Shown here: positions 26,004 through 38,049 of the stretch, one piece after another
Layout of the letters: every line of letters begins with the position of its first letter
Position numbering within the stretch: the stretch's first letter is position 1
Assembly: GCA_965235115.1 (NCBI GenBank)
Contig: OZ249436.1
Span: 42,906,001 to 42,970,000 of the forward strand
Reading direction: 5' to 3'
DNA from: Laetmonice hystrix
Taxonomy: Eukaryota
DNA: 64,000 bases
The notes under the pieces: model-generated
Told to the model about the DNA's origin: nothing
Seen by the model: the letters and a program-made list of their open reading frames with translations, nothing else
Database searches by the model: none
Made by a program: the position numbers and the translations under genes

Positions 26004-26736
26004 ATTTAATATCAGGTTTCTAAGGCCTACGTGAGTCTGCTGTTCGTTTCGTTTCCGTGAGAGCAGGAATGTTTAGGTTCTGAACGACAACATGATTTAA
26101 TACCAGGTTTCTAAGGCCTACGTGAGTCTGCTGTTCGTTTCGTTTCCGTGAGAGTAGGAATGTTTAGGTTCTGAACGACAACATGATTTAATACCAGGTT
26201 TCTAAGGCCTACGTGAGTCTGCTGTTCGTTTCGTTTCCGTGAGAGTAGGAATGTTTAGGTTCTGAACGACAACATGATTTAATACCAGGTTTCTAAGGCC
26301 TGACGTGAGTCTGCTGTTCGTTTCGTTTCCGTGAGAGCAGGAATGTTTAGGTTCTGAACGACAACATGATTTAATACCAGGTTTCTAAGGCCTGACGTGA
26401 GTCTGCTGTTCGTTTCGTTTCCGTGAGAGCAGGAATGTTTAGGTTCTGAACGACAACATGATTTAATACCAGGTTTCTAAGGCCTGACGTGAGTCTGCTG
26501 TTCGTTTCGTTTCCGTGAGAGCAGGAATGTTTAGGTTCTGAACGACAACATGATTTAATACCAGGTTTCTAAGGCCTACGTGAGTCTGCTGTTCGTTTCG
26601 TTTCCGTGAGAGTAGGAATGTTTAGGTTCTGAACGACAACATGATTTAATACCAGGTTTCTAAGGCCTACGTGAGTCTGCTGTTCGTTTCGTTTCCGTGA
26701 GAGTAGCAATGTTTAGGTTCTGAACGACAACATGAT
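26004..26736. repeat. 91/92-bp minisatellite, 8 copies
   Basis: Unit atttaataccaggtttctaaggcctacgtgagtctgctgttcgtttcgtttccgtgagagcaggaatgtttaggttctgaacgacaacatg. Confidence 0.96.
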
Positions 26737-28340
26737 GAGTTATCTGTGTCCGGTGGACTGTGACGATTGTATTGAACTGACTGCGAGTTGTGGTCGGGAT
26801 CACGGAATCCTGATCCCCGTGCAGTCGGCACTGTGTCTGAACACATGTCCAATTACAGTGTGCGTGCGTGGAGTCGTGTCTGAGTGGGAGTCAGGCAGGG
26901 CGGTGGGGAGTCAGGCAGGGCGGTGGGGAGTCAGACACGGCCCAACATGGCAGAGTACTCGGTCTGCCACCAGTCGATCATAAAGAACGGTTGCGGCTCC
27001 GTGCAGATAAGAGACAGAGAAAAAATTCTCTCGACTTTGAGGTTCGAAACAATTTACATCCACTTTATGCTCCAGAATATTGCACCCTGAGGGCCGCCCG
27101 TGACCAGAAAGATGCTAGGGATGAATTTGCATTCGGTAAAAGGGATTCCAACTACTAGTCCATTTATGTGATCCGTAAATAAGTTACACGTCGATCCATT
27201 TGGTGGGGCGACGATCACAACAACTGATATCGAGCTGCTGTTAGAAGTAAACTTTGCCCAAAGTTATCTCCACTGTTTGAAGGCAGGAAATGAAAGGACT
27301 ACTTTACTTGTGTGGAGATGACGCGTTTTATAGCCGCTAGAGGGCGTTATAAACGCTGGTTTGTTTTCAGCGACGAGTGCGGAATGATGTTAGAGAACGG
27401 AACTACTTTCACTGGCGGAGGTTTCTTTCTGTGGACTCTCCTGGGTGCGGTTTGACTAAGATTGCCCCTCACAAACTGCGGTATTCCTGATCTGGGGACA
27501 TTCCGACTGAATAATTACCCCTCCAAGCAGTCCCGAGAAATGCCGCCAATTTTAGGATGTCGTTATGGGGGATTTTTATTGAGATACCCCCGGCGATGTC
27601 CCCATAAACGGATGTTGGTTGGGACTTTGGCGGGTGGAGGACTGAGACAATGTGTAAGTGAGATGGTTTCCCTCCTAAAAACATTAATTTATTTACATGT
27701 CAGGGGCACAGCTAACCTTCAATGGTAGTTTTGAAAAGGCACCAATATTCTAGAATCGTTTTCTCGGGGATATAGCCTATTATGTAGATGTCCGAGCGAA
27801 TCATTTTGTTTAATTTTTTTCATTTTTTACCTTGTCATTAGTTTCAGTTTTTACCTTGTCATTATTCATTGGAAGCATAGAATTAGTGTCCACAGTTTTA
27901 CTCCACATTGTGGGTCGTCACATTCCCATGTGGATTTCTACACTGACATGTCCTCAGGACTTTGACGGATACCAGGTCTCCATGGTAACCGATAATAACC
28001 TGAGAGAGGGTGGTAAGGGTGGAGGGGACCGCCCTCGGTCGTATTGAGGGCGAGGCCAACCCCCACGGCTCGTCCTGAAGGTCTTATCGTACTCTTCACA
28101 CCCCACCCCTGGATACCTGCCCTCCATGCCACCCCACCCCACCCCACCCCACCCTACCCTACCCCACCCCACCCTACCCTACCCCACCCCTACAACAGGA
28201 CGCACACTAAAGCCCTGATTCTCTCCCAACATGTTCCAGAGGGACGCTAGGATTTATTTTAGGGCGGGGGGGGGGGGCGCTACAAATCTACGGAAGCCCG
28301 TAAGTGTTTATACATGCTGACGTGAAGTATTGTCCGGTGC

Positions 28341-28633
28341 CAATCTAATTAAAATTAGATCTTGGTATTCCGCGTCTCTCTCGGCTGCTTCAGTGCTGCC
28401 GCGCTCCATACCTAGATCTAAGGACATCCCATTAGGGGTCACCTCAGGTTGACCTCTGGATTCAGCCAATCAGCGAGTCGCCTACGAAATCTTCGGTGTG
28501 CGCTCGCAGGCATTTTCAACGGCACACTTGAATCTGGGTCAAAGGTCAGCCTGATGTGACCCCATACGCGATGCCGTTAGATCCTAGTATGGAGCGCATG
28601 CGAAATAACTAAGACCTAATTTTAATTATATTG
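28341..28633. mobile_element. Palindromic MITE with 10-bp TSD (Mutator/MULE-like), 293 bp
   Basis: TSD tgtccggtgc at 28331-28340 and 28634-28643; TIR caatctaattaaaattagatctt / aagacctaattttaattatattg; inner arms gcgctccatac/gtatggagcgc and ggggtcac/gtgacccc. Confidence 0.8.
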
Positions 28634-30340
28634 TGTCCGGTGCCTACGACATCATCAGAGGTCTATCAACACAGAGTAGGCCTCGAGCTTCACCAAGTGC
28701 GACTACTTATGAAAACGGAATCTAGAACTAGCTCTGTTGGAATTTATGGGGCAAGTACAAAGCGATAACAACTTGATGGCCTCCACATAAAATATAGTCA
28801 CTATAAAATTATTCTCGGTCAACTCGAAACTTGTGTACTTATGAGGTTCCGTAGCGGACGGTTAGAGGGCCTTCCCTTTAACGTGTCTAAGCGTGCTAGA
28901 GATCGTCTCTCTTCGGAGTATATGCGACCATCTCTGCTAGGAGAGTGAGAGGAATGGCGGCGAGGGCCGCTTGTGTCAAGGAGAGATATCATCCGGTTTG
29001 ATAAATCTGTCCCCTGCTAAACAACTTGGTATATTATACGAAAGCCGGAAGGCGTGCAGTCTTCAACGTTAACCTAGCTGAGCTGTCTGAAGATCTGTCT
29101 GACGCATAAATAAGTCGACCGTTCTGGAAATGTATGTATGCACTAAGCGGCCACTTAGTGAAGCAGACGCATGCGCAATGGGGTCGGGGAAGGGCAGATT
29201 GAGGTGAGGCAAGAAACTGATCAATCATACAATATGCAATCTCCGGTATCTCATGTCCGAGGGTTCCAGTAAAAGACTGCCATGGTAGTAATTACTGTCG
29301 TGATCATTTAAGGTAAATCGGATCTGTAAATTTGACTTTAGATTAGTTTAGTATCTATTCTGGATTTTGAGAGAAAGAAATATAATTTAATCGTCTTGCT
29401 TCCACCTTCCGGTGACGAACTGTATCATCCGTCTTTGAGTTCGAGAGTCAGAGACAATCTTTTTATGTCCTTTGAAAGACATAACAAAGATCGATGGGTG
29501 CCATGTTTCCAGTTGCCATGAAGCTCTCGCTGAGTTGGGTCGGTGGGTAACTCACGTTGGCATGTTGACCACTGACGTGACATCATGTGCTGACATTGCC
29601 CCTGACATTGCCGTCGTAAGTCAAGCGTGGCTGATTTCCTCGGTGGGTGTTGCGCTCAGAGCGGGGATGTTCACGTGATCTCCCACGAGATTCTCGCCTC
29701 CTCGGTGGAGAGCGTTGCCATGACGATGACGTAGATTGGAGCAGACGACCGCAGGGCTGATGAAGGAGCGGGGTCCGAGCTGTGACCACGTCACGTCGAC
29801 GCACGGCAGCGATGCCAGGTTGAACCAAGTGGACATTTCTACATCAGGGGTTGCGAAACGGCCGATTAAGCGGCCCGGGGGGCACGTAAACACGGAACAT
29901 TTAGAAAAAAGAAAAACATTCATGGTTGATACTGACAACACCTGTTCCATAATGTAATACCATGGACATATATTTGACCTGCTGCCTCTAAGGTGGGCGC
30001 AGAGGTAAACACCTCTTACTATGCGCAGGGAGAGTGTAAACTCTACACCTCTGGGGGCTATAGGATGACGATGAGTATGAGATGGGACCGGCGGTAGCCT
30101 GTGGTTGTATTTAGGAGGGGGCGTAGGGGTGTATTGGTGGGCTGAGGGGGGGGGGGGGGGTCTCCATCCCCACCGGCTAATCTATATCCATGAGTTCATG
30201 TTGAATGACGAGGAGACTCAAGGCCTGACGTCAAGGTGAACCGCCAGGAGACGTTAAAGACCGATGGCATAGTTTCATACATCTATGGTTGGCAGCTATA
30301 AAGGAAAGGATTATATCATTTACAGTTATCTCAAAAGATC

Positions 30341-30560
30341 CAGTGGAGCTACTAGTGCAAGTGGAGCTAGCTAGTGTAAGTGGAGCTAGCTAGTGTAAGT
30401 GGAGCTAGCTAGTGTAAGTGGAGCTAGCTAGTGCAAGTGGAGCTAGCTAGTGCAAGTGGAGCTAGCTAGTGCAAGTGGAGCTAGCTAGTGCCAGTGGAGC
30501 TAGCTAGTGCAAGTGGAGCTAGCTAGTGCAAGTGGAGCTAGCTAGTGCCAGTGGAGCTAG
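30341..30560. repeat. 19-bp minisatellite, ~11 copies
   Basis: agtggagctagctagtgca. Confidence 0.95.
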
Positions 30561-31118
30561 TTCTTGACTCTCTAGATCTACACCCTTTAAGAAAAGTTCT
30601 GAGGGTGGCATGACTTTTAGCTGCAAGATTATAGAGTTCATTTATTTCACAGGGTAAATGAAATTGGCTGTGGGATTGGCGGGGGATTCTCCTATTCTGC
30701 AGTCTATTTGAAGAAGTACGGTAGCAATTTATTATGCTGTCATATTTGATAAAGTGTCGTGTCACAGTGTCAATTTAAAACTTCACCGTCCCAACTTTCA
30801 GGGAGAGATGTCCGTCAATTTATCTACGAGCTCCGCGGTTCCCAAAGGAACACCACGAACCTGTTCGCCCCCGCCCCCGCCCCCCCCCGTTCGCCCCCCC
30901 GTCCTTAGTTTAAGTCCTCCGTCTACATTCCAAAGATCCAAGCCACCGCTTATTTTTACACAATCATACTTTATTTTGTCAGGTTCTAATACGTTATATC
31001 GTTTAGAATTATATCATTTTGAATTGTTTTATTTTTGTGAAGATATTAATTCCCTTAAGAAAGGAAGTTTTGATTGAGAATTGGGCGTGGTGTTATCTCA
31101 GCCAGAGAATTGGGCGTG

Positions 31119-32231
31119 GTGTCAGAGGCTGCTGGCTGAGGCGCTGGTCCAATGTCAGAGGCTGCTGGCTGAGGCGCTGGTCCAAGGTCAGAGGCTGCTG
31201 GCTGAGGCGCTGGTCCAATGTCAGAGGCTGCTGGCTGAGGCGCTGGTCCAATGTCAGAGGCTGCTGGCTGAGGCGCTGGTCCAATGTCAGAGGCTGCTGG
31301 CTGAGGCGCTGGTCCAATGTCAGAGGCTGCTGGCTGAGGCGCTGGTCCAATGTCAGAGGCTGTTTGCTGAGGCGCTGGTCCAATGTCAGAGGCTGCTGGC
31401 TGAGGCGCTGGTCCAATGTCAGAGGCTGCTTGCTGAGGCGCTGGTCCAATGTCAGAGGAGGCGCTGGTCCAAGGGCAGAGGCTGCTGGCTGAGGCGCTGG
31501 TCCAAGGTCAGAGGCTGCTGGCTGAGGCGCTGGTCCAATGTCAGAGGCTGCTGGCTGAGGCGCTGGTCCAATGTCAGAGGCTGCTGGCTGAGGCGTTGGT
31601 CCAATGTCAGAGGCTGCTGGCTGAGGCGCTGGTCCAATGTCAGAGGCTGCTGGCTGAGGCGCTGGTCCAAGGTCAGAGGCTGCTGGCTGAGGCGCTGGTC
31701 CAATGTCAGAGGCTGCTGGCTGAGGCGTTGGTCCAATGTCAGAGGCTACTGGCTGAGGCGCTGGTCCAATGTCAGAGGCTGCTGGCTGAGGCGCTGGTCC
31801 AAGGTCAGAGGCTGCTGGCTGAGGCGCTGGTCCAAGGTCAGAGGCTGCTGGCTGAGGCGCTGGTCCAAGGTCAGAGGCTGCTGGCTGAGGCGCTGGTCCA
31901 ATGTCAGAGGCTGCTGGCTGAGGCGCTGGTCCAATGTCAGAGGCTGCTGGCTGAGGCGCTGGTCCAATGTCAGAGGCTGCTGGCTGAGGCGCTGGTCCAA
32001 GGTCAGAGGCTGCTGGCTGAGGCGTTGGTCCAATGTCAGAGGCTGCTGGCTGAGGCGCTGGTCCAATGTCAGAGGCTGCTGGCTGAGGCGCTGGTCTAAT
32101 GTCAGAGGCTGCTGGCTGAGGCGCTGGTCCAATGTCAGAGGCTGCTGGCTGAGGCGCTGGTCCAATGTCAGAGGCTGCTGGCTGAGGCGCTGGTCCAATG
32201 TCAGAGGCTACTGGCTGAGGCGCTGGTCCAA
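31119..32231. repeat. 33-bp minisatellite, ~33 copies
   Basis: gtcagaggctgctggctgaggcgctggtccaat. Confidence 0.96.
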
Positions 32232-33544
32232 GACTCTCCAACTCAAACAATATCGACAAGAAAGATACTCACCATGAAATCAGACACCTTTAACGATCAA
32301 GTATTCTAACCTTTTTATGGGGATAAAAGTAATGCATAAAGGCATGACATGAATTAGAGTGGATTTTGGAGGATATTAATTTCGCATTTCAAAACAATAA
32401 CATTTTCAGTTTTTTCTTCTGCGGGCAAGTATGGGATAAATCGAGATGTGATGGTTGTCGGTTCAAGCGGACCATAAAATCAGCATGCCTATCACATTAA
32501 TTGTCGAGTAAATGCAAATATGATGACCGACACTCGTCCCTCAGCCCATCCATTCCATCGGCTTTTCTTTTTTAGTATTCAGAGGATGCGTTCATGATTA
32601 AATTACTCGATCGTTGCCTCAGTGAAGTGGCCCTTGCTATGGGGCCGTGCAAGAACCAGCGATAAATGCATAAATAGGAATTAGATACGCTTGGCTGACT
32701 CGAGACACTTCCCCCGACCCCCGCACCCCTCCCCACCCCTCCCCGCCCCTCCCCCACCCGACCCTGATCGATATATTACAGTGTATCAGTGTACTCTGTA
32801 CCAAGAGAAATGAAGAGTGGGCCGAGGACTAATGGATTGTTGGGGGATGGAGATGGGCCGGACCGTTTGCTCATATCTCAGAAATTATTGTGGAGAAAGA
32901 GCTTAGAGATCGTAGTCTCTCAGCGTGGAGAGTACATGATGCTATTACTGAGTGAGTGCGCTAGTTATGATGGATATTGTTAATATCATTCATTAAGGAC
33001 AGTAAGGCCAGATAACGAAAGGAAATCTCGCTGATGATGAAACGAATCTTCTCCGATATCGTCGGCAGTTTTCTTCATTTCAGTACGCACGGTGTAAACT
33101 TAGATCCTATTCATTATAGAATCGTATTCTTCTGATATGTTTAAATCCTAGCATTGAAATATTAACAATATCTCCAGTACATAATCAGTCAAAGTTTGTA
33201 TCATTATTCAGGACGAAAGTACAGTGTTTGTATCTCGACACTCGCCCCCTAGCGGACCGATCTTATCCTCAGAATAAATACATGTTGAGAAAGGTTAGGT
33301 CGACAATGATAGATTCGCTTATTGTCACCCAATACGATCGTAGTTCCCACTTTAATTGTACAGAAGACGTGAAGCTATTTATTCGAGACTACCCCTATCA
33401 AATATGTTACTTGGTACAAATTGGCTTGTATTATTCCTAAAGCATGGTGATTCTTCTGCATATAAGTAAAATAGTTCCTTGCTACTTTGTGTTTCGCATA
33501 GTTGGACGTTGTCCTTCATTTGTGTTTCCATGATCATCCACCAG

Positions 33545-33733
33545 GTGGCAGTATTTCGGCTCCAGTACGGGCGTTCACCGAGTGTTTCCGGGTCACGAAT
33601 GGCTGGCTAATTTCATTGGTTTCCACGAGGACTACGACCCGCGCACGCGCCCCTGGTACGTGGCGGCCACTTCCGGTCCCAAGGACGTGGTGCTCGTGCT
33701 CGACAGCAGCGCCTCCATGGCCGAGAACGGCAG
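33545..33733 (+). CDS. alpha-2/delta / CACHD1-family protein, exon B (end of VWA_N, start of VWA with DxSxS)
   Basis: ccag|g tgg cag tat... gives WQYFGSSTGVHRVFPGHEWLANFIGFHEDYDPRTRPWYVAATSGPKDVVLVLDSSASMAENG, the family hallmark. Donor cag|gtaggt; 189 nt, phase 2/2. Confidence 0.96.
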
Positions 33734-33896
33734 GTAGGTGGCGCTTCTTCTGGTAGCCTGGTCCCCTGCCTAACAGACGCGTCCGCTATGTTAGGCCAGG
33801 TGATGGGTAATTTCACTTGACAGAAAACCGACAAGCGGAAGGAAGTTGCTTAATCTTGAAGCACTTCCGCTTCCGTTGCGTTGGTCAGTGTCAGCG

Positions 33897-34633
33897 GAGT
33901 GATCGATCTCTGCTTGGAGTGTGGCCAATATGGCCATGCGTGATGCAGACCATAGCCTGGCGTAGGGACCGATCTCTGCTTGAAGTGTGGCCAATATGGC
34001 CATGTGTGATGCAGACCATAGCCTGGCGTAGGGACCGATCTCTGCTTGGAGTGTGGCCAATATGGCCATGCGTGATGCAGACCATAGCCTGGCGTAGGGA
34101 CCGATCTCTGTTTGGAGTGTGGCCAATATGGCCATGCGTGATGCAGACCATAGCCTGGCGTAGGGACCGATCTCTGCTTGGAGTGTGGCCAATATGGCCA
34201 TGTGTGATGCAGACCATAGCCTGGCGTAGGGACCGATCTCTGCTTGGAGTGTGGCCAACATGGCCATGCGTGATGCAGACCATAGCCTGGCGTAGGGACC
34301 GATCTCTGCTTGGAGTGTGGCCAATATGGCCATTTGTGATGCAGACCATAGCCTGGCGTAGGGACCGATCTCTGCTGGGAGTGTGGCCAACATGGCCATG
34401 TGTGATGCAGACCATAGCCTGGCGTAGGGACCGATCTCTGTTTGGAGTGTGGCCAATATGGCCATGCGTGATGCAGACCATAGCCTGGCGTAGGGACCGA
34501 TCTCTGCTTGGAGTGTGGCCAACATGGCCATGTGTGATGCAGACCATAGCCTGGCGTAGGGACCGATCTCTGCTTGGAGTGTGGCCAATATGGCCATGCG
34601 TGATGCAGACCATAGCCTGGCGTAGGGACCGAT
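33897..34633. repeat. 66-bp minisatellite, ~11 copies
   Basis: cgatctctgcttggagtgtggccaatatggccatgcgtgatgcagaccatagcctggcgtagggac. Confidence 0.96.
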
Positions 34634-35111
34634 GAAACTAGCCCTATGTCTACATCCATAATTTAAGCGAGGACATTTAACACTCTTGTCACTATAATAA
34701 AGATATCTTGAATCTTGAATGTCTATTATACGTAGTCAATATAGACCTGGGGACCAGTCTAGTTGATGGGGAGCCCACCCGATAGATGGCGCTACTCGTA
34801 CTGCGGCATGCCTGCTGATTGCGGTAAAAAGATAGTCAGAGAGGCTTTAAACAAATTAGGTCACAATGCTACGGGCGATGTTAGGGTGAATTCCATGAGA
34901 TAATTCCCATTCTTGTTTTAACATTTCGAATACCGCAGTTTGACTGCAGGCGCCGCCTGGTGGTTAAAAAATTGTCATCAGGGAACTTCATTGTGTTCCA
35001 AGGCCTTCAGAGTAAACGCTGTATCTTCCAGGATATTCTGTAGTACTAAGTATTAGTAGAATCCCCAAGGTCATTCTATCATCTTTAGACTGGTGTCAGA
35101 ACATCCGATTA

Positions 35112-35399
35112 GGCCGGGTAAAATTAATTTTTTGTTTTACATGACCGCCTGCCTCGATTTTCGGCGCCGCCTCGATTTTTTTAAATATTTTATATTTTTA
35201 CAAAAGTCACTTTTTTGACCTCCAGACAAGCGCACGCCACCTTCCGTTTGTTATAATATAAGCCCAAGCCAGTTCCTCATGCTCCTGGCAACATTGAACA
35301 TGCAAGACAGATTGATTAATCTTGCAAATATAAAACACCCTCCCCCCAAATATGTTCAAAAATGAGTCATGTAAAACCAGAAATTAATTTTAACTGGCC
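35112..35399. mobile_element. MITE with TTA TSD and GGCC ends (Harbinger- or Zator-like)
   Basis: tta|ggccgggtaaaattaattttttgttttacatgac ... gtcatgtaaaaccagaaattaattttaactggcc|tta. Confidence 0.7.
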
Positions 35400-36339
35400 T
35401 TATGGTATGGAGATTTGCAGGGAGTTGACCAAAGAGCTCAGTGATATAGTGAAAGGTACGACGCTCATTATGGCGAGTCGTGCTTAGATTTGATCAGGAC
35501 TGCTCATTCTGACAAGGTCACGCCATCCCAGCCACAAGGTGCCTTGTCATTTAGTCGCATGGATACCGCCCCCAAAAGGTGCATAAAGCACGGATAACGC
35601 AATTTCAGAATTCACTGCGTCGGAGTGTGTCAAACTGAGCGTGTCAAATCGCAAGGTAATGTCTGTGTTGGACTACGTTGTGCCTAGAATACCCACGTTC
35701 CGTGGCCATCTTTTCCTCTTCTGCTGTTTCCGAAGAGAGTATAATCGTCAGGAGTATAACGGTGACATAATTTGCGTCTTGTGGCATAAAAAAACATGAA
35801 TATTTTCATATTTACATTCTGTTTTCAGGATTTGACGTTTGATTTTTACCCGTTGAGAATTGTTGGTCTATAATGTACTGAAAAAGTCCATGTAAATGAA
35901 TCTTTGGTCATCTTGGCCACAGGCGATATATAGGCCCTACATCAGATTCTTAAATGTCTAAGAAGTTGTGTGAGAAGAATCTACTTCGAAATGACACCTA
36001 TCGCATTCATAGACGACCTTTTGGATCAACCTCCCGGGCGTCCTCACAGGTTGTTTGAATGTTGCCATGGAAACCAGTGTGTTCTATCATATGTCGGTGT
36101 GAATGCTCTGTGCGAGAATCTCGTGAACTCTCGTCTGAAGGAGGAGGTAAAGAGGGCGTTTCTTTGCCAGTTCTGATTCCTGTTTTATTTCTTGGTTGAT
36201 AATTGTGCCACTTCAAACGATTCGTCAAATTTGTATCACTAGCGCCGGTTAACGACATGATCAAAGTCTTTTTCCCCACCTTTAATCGTCATGTTTAAGG
36301 AGGCGTTTTTTATCAGTGGTAACAGACTCGGTTCGACAG

Positions 36340-37062
36340 TTACAGGAGTCGTGAACAGAACCAGGTCTTCCAGGGTTCTCCTGTTTCGATAACAAACTCG
36401 ATACTGAGATAGCTAAACTGATGGTCGGCAATACGGGGGTTTCCCTAAACTAGTTCATGCAAAGCCCGCTAGGCGGCACTTATCACTGCGCATGTGCGCT
36501 GACTCGTCTGCAATCACTGCTTCTTCCGGTTCAGACAGTTATGGCGTGGCGGCAGTGAATTAAAGAATTACGAAAGACAACGGCGGTGTGTCGTACCGGA
36601 TGTTGACACCGGAAGTCCCAGTGATTGCGGAAGTGGGCTTTGGGCACTGGCGGTGCCTAGCGGGTTTTACGTGAACTATCTCTGTACTGAGATAGCTAAA
36701 CTGATGGGTTACCAATCACATGTAGTGGAGTTGTGAACAGAACGAGGTCTGTCAGGGTTCAGTAGCAATCTGTCTGTACTGAGATAGCTAAACTGATGGG
36801 TTGCCAATCACATGTGCAGGAGTTGTGAACAGAACGAGGTCTGTCAGGGTTCGGTAGCAATCTGTCTGTTCTGAGATAGCTAAACTGATGGGTTGCCAAT
36901 CATAGGAGTTGTGAACAGAACGAGGTCTGTCAGGGTTCGGTAGCTATCTGTCTGTACTGAGATAGCTAAACTGATGGGTTGCCAATCACAGGAGTTGTGA
37001 ACAGAACGAGGTCTGTCAGGGTCCGTTAGCAATCTGTCTGTACTGAGATAGCTAAACTGATG
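36340..37062. repeat. ~86-94-bp degenerate tandem repeat, interrupted by an inverted-repeat element
   Basis: Repeated ctgtactgagatagctaaactgatgggttgccaatcac...ggagttgtgaacagaacgaggtctgtcaggg. Confidence 0.85.
36451..36678. mobile_element. MITE-like element with TAG...CTA termini
   Basis: tagttcatgcaaagcccgctaggc / gcctagcgggttttacgtgaacta; TSD not resolved. Confidence 0.55.
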
Positions 37063-38049
37063 AATGAGGCCAGCATTGATATCATTTCATTAGTAATTAA
37101 GAGGGATTTATTGGAAACAGTAGAGGCGTCAGGTCCAGGACCCGGGAACAGCAGAGGCGTCGGGGCTAGGGTCCAGGAACAGCACAGGCGTCAGGCCCAG
37201 GGCCCGAGAACATTGGAAGCGTCAGGCCTACGGTCCGGGAACTTTAGAAGCGTCAGGCTCCTGATTTGGACCCAATAGTTATACTCAGACAGCTCAACTG
37301 ATGAATGGGGCCAATTTTGATATCATTATATTAGTAATTTAGAGTGATTTATTGCATGCAGCCACGATCGATACGTCAGAGAAGGGCATTTTGTCACTGC
37401 AGAAAATGGAAAAGTCTACAGAATCTCATGAAATCCTAATCTAAAGTATTCAATAGAATTGAAAGACAGGTCAGATTTAATAACTCTCTATTGACGTATT
37501 ACCCCGACTATGTTGTGACAAGTATTGTATTTGATACAGAATGAATCGGGCCTACATGAATAACGTGCCATAATGTGGTCATGGCCACCAAATGTAATAT
37601 ATAGTACTTTGAAAATGTGGATTAGAATGAACAACCAGGTCAGAATGCGTGAAGCCCGGGGTTCGCGAACAATATTGGCGTCAGACCTAGCGTCCAAGAA
37701 AAATTAGAGGCGTCAGGCCCCGGGTCCGGGGAAAATAGAGGCGTCAGACCCAGGGTCCAGGAAAATAGAGGCTCAGGCCCAGGTCCCGAGGAAATTAGAG
37801 GCGCCAGGTCCAGGGTCCAGGAAAATTAGAAGCGTCAGACAAAGGGTCCACTGAACCGTCTGATTCAGATTTGAAAAAAAACCACGAACATAGACAAGAC
37901 TGACCTGAACAATATTGTTTCTGAAAAAATGTATTTGACTGTGAGAGAGTGGATGATGTGCGACACGCGATGATGACATTAGTGGTATCCCTGGGGAGTA
38001 GTTGTCAGTACAGCTCATATCTCCGTATCTAGCCGACCGCAATGTTGTC

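Noticed and set aside
27958..28012. Candidate exon cag|DFDGYQVSMVTDNNLREG|gtaagg
   Set aside because: Phase 0/1 is incompatible with the phase-2 intron, and exons A and B already join without a gap in the family motif.
33028..33050. ctgatgatgaaac as a hammerhead ribozyme core
   Set aside because: No room for stem II between CUGAUGA and GAAA, and no flanking stems found.
18648..34659. Other long periodic ORFs (18648-19637, 22753-23979, 31081-32277, 33791-34659)
   Set aside because: All coincide with minisatellites and are open in multiple frames or strands, typical of artefacts.
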